Below, piece by piece: positions 24,766 through 32,728 of a stretch of DNA of 33,697 nt. The stretch's first letter is position 1. The number at the start of each line of letters is the position of its first letter. Source of the stretch: Candidatus Bathyarchaeia archaeon (GTDB lineage: Archaea; Thermoproteota; Bathyarchaeia; TCS64). The stretch covers positions 1-33,697 of the forward strand of contig DASWLJ010000172.1 of NCBI GenBank assembly GCA_036396185.1, written 5' to 3'. The notes beneath the pieces were generated by a model. It was given only the letters and a program-made list of their open reading frames with translations. It made no database searches and was not told the origin of the DNA. The position numbers and the translations under genes were made by a program.

Positions 24766-24797
24766 GGCTAATTATTCTAGGCGTCGTTCATATAACA

Positions 24798-25262
24798 CTA
24801 GTCCAGTATCAGGGTTATCTCGTAGACGAGGAGCTCGGGCACCATGCTCCTGCCCTCACGGTTCAGCGCCACGAAGCCCATCCCCTCCAGAGCCTTCAGG
24901 TCACGGTACACGTTCTTCACGTCCCTGCCCACGTGCTCCGCGAGCTCGTTTATGGAGCCGGCGCGGCCCTCGGTCAGCTGGTCCAGTAGCTCCAGGCGTC
25001 GGGGCGTCAGCTTCCTGAAGTCCTCGACCGTGAGGCTCAGGTCCTCCTCCGCGAGGTACTCGAAGTCTTCCCCCTCCTGGTAGGCCCGGACCGCGTGGGT
25101 CATGCTTGTCCAATCCACGTACTCCTGGAACCTCCCCGGGGGCATGCGGCCCTTGGTGAACTCTTCGTGGAGTAGGCTGAGGCTGACATGCTTCTCACGG
25201 TAGGCGGCTATCCTCTCCTGAACCTCACCCAGGTGCAGAGTTTTAAGAGCCCTCCAGCGCAA
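24798..25262 (-). CDS. Winged-HTH transcriptional regulator (HVO_A0114/COG4190-like C-terminal domain)
   Basis: LTPRRLELLDQLTEGRAGSINELAEHVGRDVKNVYRDLKALEGMGFV. It uses a TTG start at 25262 and lies 32 nt upstream of the amidohydrolase on the same strand. Confidence 0.6.
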   Translation of the reverse strand: MRWRALKTLHLGEVQERIAAYREKHVSLSLLHEEFTKGRMPPGRFQEYVDWTSMTHAVRAYQEGEDFEYLAEEDLSLTVEDFRKLTPRRLELLDQLTEGRAGSINELAEHVGRDVKNVYRDLKALEGMGFVALNREGRSMVPELLVYEITLILD

Positions 25263-25270
25263 AACCCATC

Positions 25271-25288
25271 ATTGGTTTCTACACCAAT
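25271..25288. promoter_or_regulatory. Inverted repeat ATTGGT-N6-ACCAAT in the divergent regulator/rtcB spacer
   Basis: Perfect 6-bp arms (25271-25276 and 25283-25288) lie 9 nt from the regulator start codon. This is a candidate operator. Confidence 0.3.
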
Positions 25289-25331
25289 AAACGCTTATTA
25301 GGTTTACCATACGGGAAAATGCTAGAGACAC

Positions 25332-26780
25332 ATGCAATTTCCCATAGACAAACTAAGCGACAACGTTTGGGAGATACCCACGGCCTACAGCAAGTACATG
25401 AAAGTGCCCGCGAGGATATACGCGGACAAGAGCCTGCTGGAGGCCATGAAGGGGGACGACACGCTGACTCAGAGCGTCAACATATCCCAGCTCCCGGGCA
25501 TCTACAAGTACAGCATCACCCTCCCAGACGGCCACCAGGGCTACGGTTTCCCCATAGGCGGGGTGGCGGCCTTCGACTTGGAGGAGGGGATCATCACCCC
25601 GGGGGGCGTCGGCTACGACATCAACTGTGGCGTACGCCTCATACGAACCAACCTCACGTTCAAGGACGTGGACCCGAAGAAGCAGGAGCTCATAGACCGC
25701 ATTTTCCAGCTTGTGCCGTGCGGCGTCGGGGTCGGCAGCAAGCTCAAGCTCAGCGAGAAGGAGCTGGACAGGGCCGTGAGCGAGGGCGTATCCTGGGCCG
25801 TGGAGAAGGGCTACGGCTGGGACCGCGACCCCAGCCACAGTGAGGAGGGCGGCTGCATGAAGGAGGCTAACCCAGACAAGGTGAGCGACCGAGCCAAGAA
25901 GCGGGGGGCCACCCAGCTGGGGACCCTGGGGGCAGGCAACCACTTCCTGGAGATCGCCCGCGTCAAGGACGTGTTCGACGAGAGGGCCGCCAAGGTGTAC
26001 GGGATCACGGGGCCGGACCAGGTTGTGGTGTGGGTCCACACGGGCAGCAGGGGCTACGGCCACCAGATAGCCACAGACTACATAAGGGTCATGGAGAGGG
26101 CTGCCAGCAAGTACAACATCAGGGTCCCGAGCCGTGAGTTGGCGTGCGCCCCGGTGAAGAGCAGGGAGGCTCAGGACTACTATGAGGCCATGAGCTGCGC
26201 CGTCAACTGGGCATTCATCAACCGCCACATCATAATGCACCAGGTCAGGCAGGCCTTCGAGGACGTTCTGAAGAGGAGCGCGGACGAAATGGGCATGGAC
26301 ATGGTTTACGGGATGACCCACAACACGGCCAAGAAGGAGGAGCACACAGTGGACGGTAAACGCGTCCAGTGCGTGGTTCACAGGAAGGGCGCGGCCAGGG
26401 CCTTCGGCCCCGGGCGCAGCGACCTGCCCCAGGAGTACAAGAGCACAGGGCAGCCCGTGCTCCTAGTGGGCACCATGGGCACGGCCAGCTACCTCCTCAG
26501 AGGAACCGAGGAGGGGGAGGAGCTGAGCTTCGCCAGCACGGCCCACGGGGCTGGCAGGGTCATGTCCAGGTCGGGCGCCAAGAGAAAGTTCGCGGCCAAC
26601 GACATCATCAACGACCTGCGCCGGAAGGGCATCGTCGTCAAGGCGGCCAGCAGCCGCGTCGTGGAGGAGGAGAGCCCCGACAGCTACAAGGACATCCACA
26701 GGGTGGCCGACGTGAGCCACAGGGTGGGCCTCGCCAAGAAGGTGATGATGAGCATCCCCATGGCCGTGGCCAAGGGATAG
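25332..26780 (+). CDS. rtcB: RNA-splicing ligase RtcB
   Basis: 482 aa. Contains GGVGYDINCGVRL, GAGNHFLE, HTGSRGYGHQ, HNTA and AHGAGR. The length is normal, so there is no intein. Confidence 0.95.
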   Translation: MQFPIDKLSDNVWEIPTAYSKYMKVPARIYADKSLLEAMKGDDTLTQSVNISQLPGIYKYSITLPDGHQGYGFPIGGVAAFDLEEGIITPGGVGYDINCGVRLIRTNLTFKDVDPKKQELIDRIFQLVPCGVGVGSKLKLSEKELDRAVSEGVSWAVEKGYGWDRDPSHSEEGGCMKEANPDKVSDRAKKRGATQLGTLGAGNHFLEIARVKDVFDERAAKVYGITGPDQVVVWVHTGSRGYGHQIATDYIRVMERAASKYNIRVPSRELACAPVKSREAQDYYEAMSCAVNWAFINRHIIMHQVRQAFEDVLKRSADEMGMDMVYGMTHNTAKKEEHTVDGKRVQCVVHRKGAARAFGPGRSDLPQEYKSTGQPVLLVGTMGTASYLLRGTEEGEELSFASTAHGAGRVMSRSGAKRKFAANDIINDLRRKGIVVKAASSRVVEEESPDSYKDIHRVADVSHRVGLAKKVMMSIPMAVAKG

Positions 26781-26786
26781 GCTACC

Positions 26787-26825
26787 TAAAAAAGGGTTAA
26801 ATACGGCCCACTTACCCTTTTTCTA
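26787..26825. promoter_or_regulatory. Palindrome TAAAAAAGGGTTAA-N11-TTACCCTTTTTCTA (rtcB terminator hairpin and/or RbkR operator)
   Basis: The AAAAAGGGT/ACCCTTTTT arms can form 9 bp. The element starts 7 nt after the rtcB stop, ends in a T-run, and encloses the TTAAATA box 30-45 nt upstream of rbkR. Confidence 0.4.
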
Positions 26826-26831
26826 AGCACG

Positions 26832-27530
26832 TTGAAGGATAGAATGAAGCCACACATCTGGTTCACGCTGTACACGTTGATGCGGCTGGGGGCCACCAGG
26901 GCCTCTGTAAGGCTCAGCACCACGGAGCTCAGCCACATAACGGGGGGGAGCCAGCAGTCGGCCTCCAGGCACCTACAGACGCTGGAGAGCCTAGGCCTGC
27001 TGACGCGCAGCATAGACCCTGGGGGCACCAGGGTCCAGATAACGGAGAGAGGCCTCAACGAGCTTGACCTGGTGCTGCAGGAGCTCAAGTGGCACCTGGA
27101 GGGCAAGGAGGCCAACACCATAGAGCTGGAGGGCACCGTTGTGAGCGGCCTCTTCGAGGGAGCCTACTACATCAGCAGGGACGGCTACAGGAGCCAGATA
27201 GTGGAGAAGCTGGGCTTCGACCCCTTCCCCGGCACACTGAACGTCAGGATCAGGGAGGAGGACTTCGATAAGAGGAGGCAGTTGGAGAGGCTTCCCAGTA
27301 TAAAGCTGGAGGGGTTCAAGGACGGCGAGCGGGCCTTCGGGGCGTGCCGCTGCTACCCCCTGACCATCAACGGTGAGGTGGACGGCGCCCTGATAGTGGC
27401 CGAGCGGAGCATACACGACTTCAACATAATGGAGATCGTGTCACCCCTGTACCTTAGGCGTCACCTGGGGCTGGCCGACGGAGACAGGGTCAGGCTCTCG
27501 TTCTTGCCCCTTCGACGATCCGTCTCTTGA
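26832..27530 (+). CDS. rbkR: wHTH-fused CTP-dependent riboflavin kinase (RbkR-type bifunctional regulator/kinase)
   Basis: The N-terminal wHTH (LSHITGGSQQSASRHLQTLESLGLL) is fused to an archaeal RibK domain (GTVVSGLFEGAYYIS...FPGTLNVRI...). 26832 is a TTG, and an ATG lies at 26844. Confidence 0.8.
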   Translation: MKDRMKPHIWFTLYTLMRLGATRASVRLSTTELSHITGGSQQSASRHLQTLESLGLLTRSIDPGGTRVQITERGLNELDLVLQELKWHLEGKEANTIELEGTVVSGLFEGAYYISRDGYRSQIVEKLGFDPFPGTLNVRIREEDFDKRRQLERLPSIKLEGFKDGERAFGACRCYPLTINGEVDGALIVAERSIHDFNIMEIVSPLYLRRHLGLADGDRVRLSFLPLRRSVS

Positions 27531-27945
27531 TCTTGCTGCTGCTGTTAAGGTCATCCTCGCCGAAGCGGCCCACCTGAACTATCTCGAAGCCCATCTCCTT
27601 GGCCCTCTTGATCTTCTCAACCTGGCTTCTGATGGCGTCCTGGTCGTGGCCCACAGCGACGATGTCAGGCTTCACCTGCTGTATGACTCGATCCAAGTCT
27701 AGGTCCTCGAAACCCAGCAGGGCCTCGTCCACTACCTTGAGGGCCTCCACAGTGGCTCTGCGCTGGTCCTCCGGGATGACGGGGTCCTGGCCCTTCATGC
27801 GGCGCACCGTCTCATCCCTGGCCACGATGACCGTGAGCCTGGCCCCTAGGCCGCCCAGCTTCTTGGCCTCCTCCAGGTATCGTATGTGGCCGTAGTGCAA
27901 GAGGTCGAAGACCCCCGCCGCGAGAACCTTCTTCATCTTCACCAC
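27490..27945 (-). CDS. ribL: FAD synthase (FMN adenylyltransferase), cytidylyltransferase family
   Basis: AGVFDLLHYGHIRYLEEAKKLG (HxGH nucleotidyltransferase motif), about 150 aa. GTG at 27945, or alternatively ATG at 27936, which lies 2 nt after the dphB stop. Confidence 0.8.
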   Translation of the reverse strand: MVKMKKVLAAGVFDLLHYGHIRYLEEAKKLGGLGARLTVIVARDETVRRMKGQDPVIPEDQRRATVEALKVVDEALLGFEDLDLDRVIQQVKPDIVAVGHDQDAIRSQVEKIKRAKEMGFEIVQVGRFGEDDLNSSSKIKRRIVEGARTRA

Positions 27946-28967
27946 TGGAAGTCGGCTAAGCCTAAAAGCTTTAAGGCGTCCAGGACGCCCTCCGCGTAGG
28001 CCACGCTGGTAAGGGCGACTGCCCTCTTATCGGCCCTATAGAACACGGCGTCGTCCAGGTACCTCCCCGCGTGGTCTAGGAGTTCCTCCACCTTCCTCTC
28101 ATCCACTTCTGCGGGCAGCTTCTCGACCACGATGCTGTCCAGCACCTTCCTGCAGCCTCTGGAGTACTTCTCTATGAGGAAGTCCACCTCCCCCTGGACC
28201 CTCCTGCCGTCAAGAAGTTCGGCGGGGCACCCCGCGACCACCTTCAGTGCCTCCTCCTCAAGGAAGTGCAGGGCGCCGGGGACGACTAGAGCGTGCGGCG
28301 GGCCACCGAAATCAGTCTCCTTGATCTTGGAGGCAGCGTCGGCTACAATAACGGGGCTGTCCGAGCCCAGGCGGGCTACACCGACCACGAGGGTGCTGGT
28401 GGGAAACTCGCCTGTCTCCTCCAACCGCTCCACGGCCTCACGGATCGTGAGGTACCTGCCCGCGGGGACATCCAGGTCCAGCAGGATGAGGGTGTGGAGC
28501 CCGTACTCGGCGTTGTCCCTCAGGGTCCGGATGACGGTGTCCACGGGCCCCTTCTCTGGCAGGGGCAGAGTGACGGTTCGCCCGAACTTGTAGAGGCTGA
28601 GGCCTGTCTCGGCGACGGCCGTCATGATGCTGCTCCCGTGCACCACCTTGACCGGGATGCTCCTCTTAGCCGCGTCCACAACCAAGCTTATGTGGGTCGT
28701 TGCGGCAAGCGCGTCACCCCCGACCAAGATAGCGACATGGGAGTTCTCCGCCTCCTCCAGGAGCCTCATGGCCTCCTCCTCCATGCCGCCCCTGCTCAGA
28801 GGGGTGACAGGCCTGCCTATGGTCTTCTCCAGGGCCTCCGGGGTCGTGTCGAGCTTCATGGTGTAGGTCTCGGCGTAGACGTGGTGGGCGTCCCTGGCGG
28901 CTTCAAGGGCTCTTAGGGAGAGGTCCATGTGGCTGTTCAGGCCTATGCCTATGAGGGTCAGGGTCAA
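27939..28967 (-). CDS. dphB: Diphthine synthase with ~85-aa C-terminal extension
   Basis: MTLTLIGIGLNSHMDLSLRALEAARDAHHVYAETYT..., the tetrapyrrole-methylase fold typical of Dph5/DphB. It is 342 aa, against roughly 260 aa for archaeal DphB as I remember it. Confidence 0.85.
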   Translation of the reverse strand: MTLTLIGIGLNSHMDLSLRALEAARDAHHVYAETYTMKLDTTPEALEKTIGRPVTPLSRGGMEEEAMRLLEEAENSHVAILVGGDALAATTHISLVVDAAKRSIPVKVVHGSSIMTAVAETGLSLYKFGRTVTLPLPEKGPVDTVIRTLRDNAEYGLHTLILLDLDVPAGRYLTIREAVERLEETGEFPTSTLVVGVARLGSDSPVIVADAASKIKETDFGGPPHALVVPGALHFLEEEALKVVAGCPAELLDGRRVQGEVDFLIEKYSRGCRKVLDSIVVEKLPAEVDERKVEELLDHAGRYLDDAVFYRADKRAVALTSVAYAEGVLDALKLLGLADFQW

Positions 28968-29083
28968 TCGGTCTTCCTCCGATGGTTGGGCCGAAGCCCA
29001 CCGATCTGTTGGTCGGTCAACCTGTTAAATAGTTCTATACGGCTCCAAGGGTAGGCCGTGCCTGAACTGGACACATTTTATCC

Positions 29084-30259
29084 ATGCGCCGCACCATTAT
29101 CACGTGGGTGTGCGACCTGAAGATCGCGCTTTGCAGCGACTGGGTGTACCCATCCGTCGGCGGCGTCCAGTCGCACATCATGGGTCTGGCGGCTCAGCTC
29201 AAGGAGCTTGGGCACGAGGTGATCATAGTCACCAAGGAGATGGACCACGAGGACCCCGCTGCCGAGTACCCCGGCGGCGTCCGGAAGGTCAAGGCCAAGA
29301 GGCTCACCCTGCCCGAGCACATCCTGGCACCCCCCAACCCGGATGACCTGAGAAGGCTCTTGAAGCGGGAGGATTTCGACGTCGTGCACGCCCACCACGC
29401 ATTCACCCCCACGCCCCTGCTTTCACTGGACGCCGCGAGGCGGCTTGGCGTTCCCAGCGTCCTCACGAACCACTCCATAACCTTCGCCAGCTCCTCGGAC
29501 CTCATCTGGGGCCCTGTCAGCCAGGTTCTGCCCTTCAAGCGGTACATAAACATGGCGGACAGGGTCATAGCAGTGAGCGGCGCGGCGGCCGAGTTCATAG
29601 AGAGGTTCATGGACAGCGGGGAGGCTATCGTGATCCCTAACGGCGTGGACGTAGGGAGGTTCCACGACCCCAAGCCCGTGCCCAAGGGCGTATTTGATTT
29701 AACGCGGCTCGAGCACCCCATGGTCTTCTCGGCCGGGAGACTGGCCTTCCGTAAAGGGTTCCACTTGCTGCTGGAGGCCATGCCCAGGGTTCTCAGTGTG
29801 AACCCTGGCGCCCGGCTGTATGTCGCGGGTAAGGGCGCCATGGCGGGGTTCCTGAGCATGCTGGTTGAGAGCCTGGACCTGGAGGATGAGGTGAAGCTGC
29901 TGGGCTTCGTACCCGAGGACGTTCTCCCGTGGCTCTACAGGAGCTGCGACGTCTTCGCCCTGCCCTCTGTGGCGGCTGAGAGCTTCGGCATCACCCTCAT
30001 CGAGGCCATGGCTGCTGGTAGGCCTGTCGTGGCGTCGAGGATCGGAGGCGTCCCTGAGATCATCGACGACGGCGTGGACGGGTTCCTGTTTGAGCCCTGG
30101 GACAGCAGGGGCCTCGGAGAGGCTGTGAACACGCTGCTGGGTGACCCTGGGCTCGCCGCCGAGATGGGTAGGCGGGCCCACGCCGCGGCTGAGGAGCGTT
30201 ACAGTTGGCCTAAGGTGGCGCACAGGATCGAGGAAGTGTACGAGGATGTGACCTCCTAG
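29084..30259 (+). CDS. Glycosyltransferase family 4
   Basis: KIALCSDWVYPSVGGVQSHI at the N-terminus and the E-x7-E region (ESFGITLIEAMAAGRPVVASRIGGVPEII). The start may be the GTG at 29107. Confidence 0.85.
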   Translation: MRRTIITWVCDLKIALCSDWVYPSVGGVQSHIMGLAAQLKELGHEVIIVTKEMDHEDPAAEYPGGVRKVKAKRLTLPEHILAPPNPDDLRRLLKREDFDVVHAHHAFTPTPLLSLDAARRLGVPSVLTNHSITFASSSDLIWGPVSQVLPFKRYINMADRVIAVSGAAAEFIERFMDSGEAIVIPNGVDVGRFHDPKPVPKGVFDLTRLEHPMVFSAGRLAFRKGFHLLLEAMPRVLSVNPGARLYVAGKGAMAGFLSMLVESLDLEDEVKLLGFVPEDVLPWLYRSCDVFALPSVAAESFGITLIEAMAAGRPVVASRIGGVPEIIDDGVDGFLFEPWDSRGLGEAVNTLLGDPGLAAEMGRRAHAAAEERYSWPKVAHRIEEVYEDVTS

Positions 30260-30834
30260 TGTCGCTGTTTGAGCCTCTGTCGCCTCTTGTGGGGTGGATG
30301 CTTGAGAACAGCTACGCTGGGCTTGCCGCGGTCATGTTTCTGGCGGGCTCCGTGGCGCCGATCCCGTGGGAGCTGGTCCTCCTTCCTGCGGGGGCCCGCG
30401 GCCTGGACCCGTTGGTGGCTGGCCTGTGGGGTGGGCTCGGCGCCTCCGCTGGGGCTGTTGTGGGCTACGTGGTGGGGTATGTTGGGGGGAGGCCCCTTGT
30501 GGTTGGGCGTTGGGGGCGTGTGCTGGTCTCTGAGGACGGTTTGGCGGCGGTGGAGGGCTGGGTTGGTAGGTGGGGTGACGCGGCCACCCTGGTGACGCGT
30601 TGCGTCCAGTACATGCCTTATAAGACTTATAACTTGGCGGCGGGTGTTCTCGGGCTGGGTTTCAGCCGTTATGTGGTTCTTACGGTTGTCGGGACGGTGG
30701 TGAGGTGCTGGTACATGGTGTACCTGGGGAATGTGGCGTCGCTGAGCACGGAGTCGCTGGTGTTCGTGGCCGTCGTTTTCCTTGTGGCGTTCTCGCTTCC
30801 CCGGGTGTTAGGCCGGAGCAGGGTCGCGGGTTAG
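30259..30834 (+). CDS. DedA/VTT-domain membrane protein
   Basis: The GTG start overlaps the TAG of the GT4 gene (TAGTG). Contains FLAGSVAPIPWELVLLPAG...GYVGGRPLV. Confidence 0.7.
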   Translation: MSLFEPLSPLVGWMLENSYAGLAAVMFLAGSVAPIPWELVLLPAGARGLDPLVAGLWGGLGASAGAVVGYVVGYVGGRPLVVGRWGRVLVSEDGLAAVEGWVGRWGDAATLVTRCVQYMPYKTYNLAAGVLGLGFSRYVVLTVVGTVVRCWYMVYLGNVASLSTESLVFVAVVFLVAFSLPRVLGRSRVAG

Positions 30835-30841
30835 CTGGGGT

Positions 30842-31165
30842 TTACTTGCCTGTGGCTTTCTTCGCCCTTATGGGTGTCCTGGTTATGTGGCCGCAGGTGT
30901 GGCACGTGGTGGCGATGTGGGGTTCTCTTCTTTGCCTGGCGCGTGTGTGGCTGTTGACCCCCTGGATGAGTATGGTGCCGCAGCTTCGGCATATGTTTCG
31001 TCTGATGTGTGTGGGGAGTTTGGTGCGTGTGCGCTGGGCTATGCGTCTGAGGAGCTGGACGTATCGGCGGCTGAGGTCCGGGTGGGTGGCGTAGGTCTCC
31101 TTCGCTCTGCTGTACAGTATCTCTATGCGCTGTTCGGCGATGCGTCTCGGGTCTTGGCGGGGCAT
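30842..31165 (-). CDS. rnp4: RNase P protein component 4 (Rpp21/Rpr2 family)
   Basis: 107 aa. The N-terminal helical part is RIAEQRIEILYSRAKE...RRYVQLLRRIAQRTR. The zinc ribbon is CRSCG...CHTCG. Confidence 0.8.
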   Translation of the reverse strand: MPRQDPRRIAEQRIEILYSRAKETYATHPDLSRRYVQLLRRIAQRTRTKLPTHIRRNICRSCGTILIQGVNSHTRARQRREPHIATTCHTCGHITRTPIRAKKATGK

Positions 31166-31193
31166 TTTTCCTGTGGTTTGGGTGGGTGGAAGG

Positions 31194-31201
31194 TTTATAA
31201 G
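31194..31201. promoter_or_regulatory. Palindromic TATA box (TTTATAAG) shared by divergent rnp4 and tRNA-iMet
   Basis: It is centred about 30 nt from the tRNA 5' end (31227) and about 32 nt from the rnp4 ATG (31165). A purine-rich GGAAGG lies upstream on the + side. Confidence 0.4.
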
Positions 31202-31226
31202 ACTATAGGGTTGCTAATCTGGTCGG

Positions 31227-31301
31227 AGCGGGGTAGGGCAGCCAGGTTAGCCCGCGGGGCTCATAACCCCGAGGTCGGTAGTTCAAATCTACCCCCCGCT
31301 A
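31227..31301 (+). tRNA. Initiator tRNA-Met (anticodon CAT)
   Basis: AGCGGGG TA GGGC AGCCAGGTTA GCCC G CGGGG CTCATAA CCCCG AGGTC GGTAG TTCAAAT CTACC CCCCGCT A. A1:U72 and three G:C pairs closing the anticodon stem are initiator hallmarks. CCA is not encoded. Confidence 0.9.
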
Positions 31302-31449
31302 CTTTTAAATAAATTTAAATATCATGGCATTATGTTTCTATAATTTTAAACGAGAAAAGCTGTTGACCCTTAGGAGAAGGATCTGGAAGTTCAGAAGAAA
31401 AAGACCTGAACCTGCACAGACTGGAAATAAGGACAGAATTAAAGATGTC

Positions 31450-32025
31450 CTAGTCATTCATTGCCCGATCGAATTCGTAACGCATGATCGGGCGAGGTGG
31501 TACCCGTTGAGCTACAATCTTGAATCCTAAGCGCTTGAAGGTTGATGTGTAGCCAGTGCTCGATGCGCTAGGCGTCAAACTCGCATCAAGAGGATATGCT
31601 TCAAGTGCGGGTGCCCCAGCACGCTTAGCAACATCCAACGCCGCGGTAATTAGAGCGGACGCAATTCCCTGCCTTCGATAACCTTTTCGCACATAGAAAC
31701 AAGAGAGCGACCAGACTGGCACATCGTCCACACGTTTGAGACGCCACGTCTGGTCAAGCCACGGCAAGGCATCACGTGGTGTGAGCTGGCACCAGCCCAC
31801 GGCCAAATCATTTTTAAAGGCGAGTAAACCTGGAGGCGGACCTTTCATTACCAACTCATAGAAATCTGCTTTGTTCGCATCGCGTGGTCTCTTGCGATAG
31901 TCGTTTCCGATTCGCCAGTACATGCACCAGCAGCCACCAACAGCTCCATGTTCCCCGAAGAGGTCATCGAACGCGACCCAGAGGTCCGGAGTGAGGGGAC
32001 GGATGACGAACGGCGTCGAGGACAT
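31450..32025 (-). CDS. GNAT family N-acetyltransferase (bacterial-type)
   Basis: 191 aa. Contains GGCWCMYWR and YVRKGYRRQGIASALITAALDVAKRAGAPALEAYP. Confidence 0.75.
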   Translation of the reverse strand: MSSTPFVIRPLTPDLWVAFDDLFGEHGAVGGCWCMYWRIGNDYRKRPRDANKADFYELVMKGPPPGLLAFKNDLAVGWCQLTPRDALPWLDQTWRLKRVDDVPVWSLSCFYVRKGYRRQGIASALITAALDVAKRAGAPALEAYPLDASLTPSASSTGYTSTFKRLGFKIVAQRVPPRPIMRYEFDRAMND

Positions 32026-32056
32026 CTGATCACACCTGGTAAGGCATCACACTCGC

Positions 32057-32542
32057 TCATGAACTTGGGAAATCGCCCTTTGATCTGAGGCGGCTCACAG
32101 TGCCTCTGATGTACGCTATTTGCCCCCTGTGGTGTATGATCTCCCCGATGAAGTCGAAGAGCTTCACCTTCCTCGAATTGGCCCCGCCCCACGTTTGAAC
32201 TTGCTCATTTAGTTGTGCGTCGGTGATTTTCCCGATACTTTCGAGAACAAGCTTCTTTCCCGCGGATAGATCCGCCATGTACCTCTCGATCCTGTATCTG
32301 TGGTCCTTGTAGTCTTTAGGCCAGTCAACAGGTTCGTAGTTAGGGTCGCCACCGGCCTGCGCGATCCTTGGCAGTGTCGTGTTGCTTATCCTGCAGACGT
32401 GGTTGAGGATCATGTCTATGCTGTTTGACACTTCGGTGGGCTTGTAGCTCATCTCCGCTTCGTCGAGTCCCTTTAGGGTTTCTTCTAAGGCGTTAAAGTG
32501 ATACTCCGCGAACTCCTTGAGGACCTGAGTTTTCATCGACAT
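32057..32542 (-). CDS. DinB-family (DinB_2-like) four-helix-bundle protein
   Basis: 161 aa. Contains HHRGQIAYIRG near the C-terminus and LNHVCRI in the N-terminal half (His-containing metal-site pattern). Confidence 0.75.
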   Translation of the reverse strand: MSMKTQVLKEFAEYHFNALEETLKGLDEAEMSYKPTEVSNSIDMILNHVCRISNTTLPRIAQAGGDPNYEPVDWPKDYKDHRYRIERYMADLSAGKKLVLESIGKITDAQLNEQVQTWGGANSRKVKLFDFIGEIIHHRGQIAYIRGTVSRLRSKGDFPSS

Positions 32543-32728
32543 TAGAATCGGAGTTGAGTTGTTTTAACAATTAATAAAGTAATTGACGAGCTATAATCGA
32601 TTTTCTCGATGTCTGGCGGGTGCCGTATATTCAAAGGGTTGAGGGAAGACTGCGAGAGAAACCATTACGCGTGCATTTTGAGATTTGACATTCACGTGAG
32701 TTACCTAGTCGATGAAAAGATGGAAAGC

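Noticed and set aside
25353-26381. 342-aa ORF antisense to rtcB. Similar long antisense or overlapping ORFs include 19564..20310, 15218..15958, 23864..24559, 24013..24639, 13595..14230, 10881..11606, 10213..10827, 29194..29859 and 3351..3950.
   Set aside because: All lie inside genes with clear family motifs on the other strand or frame. Their translations are Arg/Pro/Gly/His-rich low-complexity strings, typical of shadow frames in GC-rich DNA.
25332-26780. Intein in RtcB.
   Set aside because: The 482-aa length and contiguous conserved motifs leave no room for an intein.
30269-31312. G/T-rich + strand ORFs (30269..30595, 30705..31094, 30887..31312).
   Set aside because: These are alternative frames of the DedA gene or antisense to rnp4. 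Their Trp/Gly/Val/Arg-rich translations reflect strand composition, not coding.
31324-31530. 68-aa + strand ORF downstream of tRNA-iMet.
   Set aside because: It overlaps the 3' end of the well-supported GNAT gene on the opposite strand, and its sequence is basic and low-complexity.
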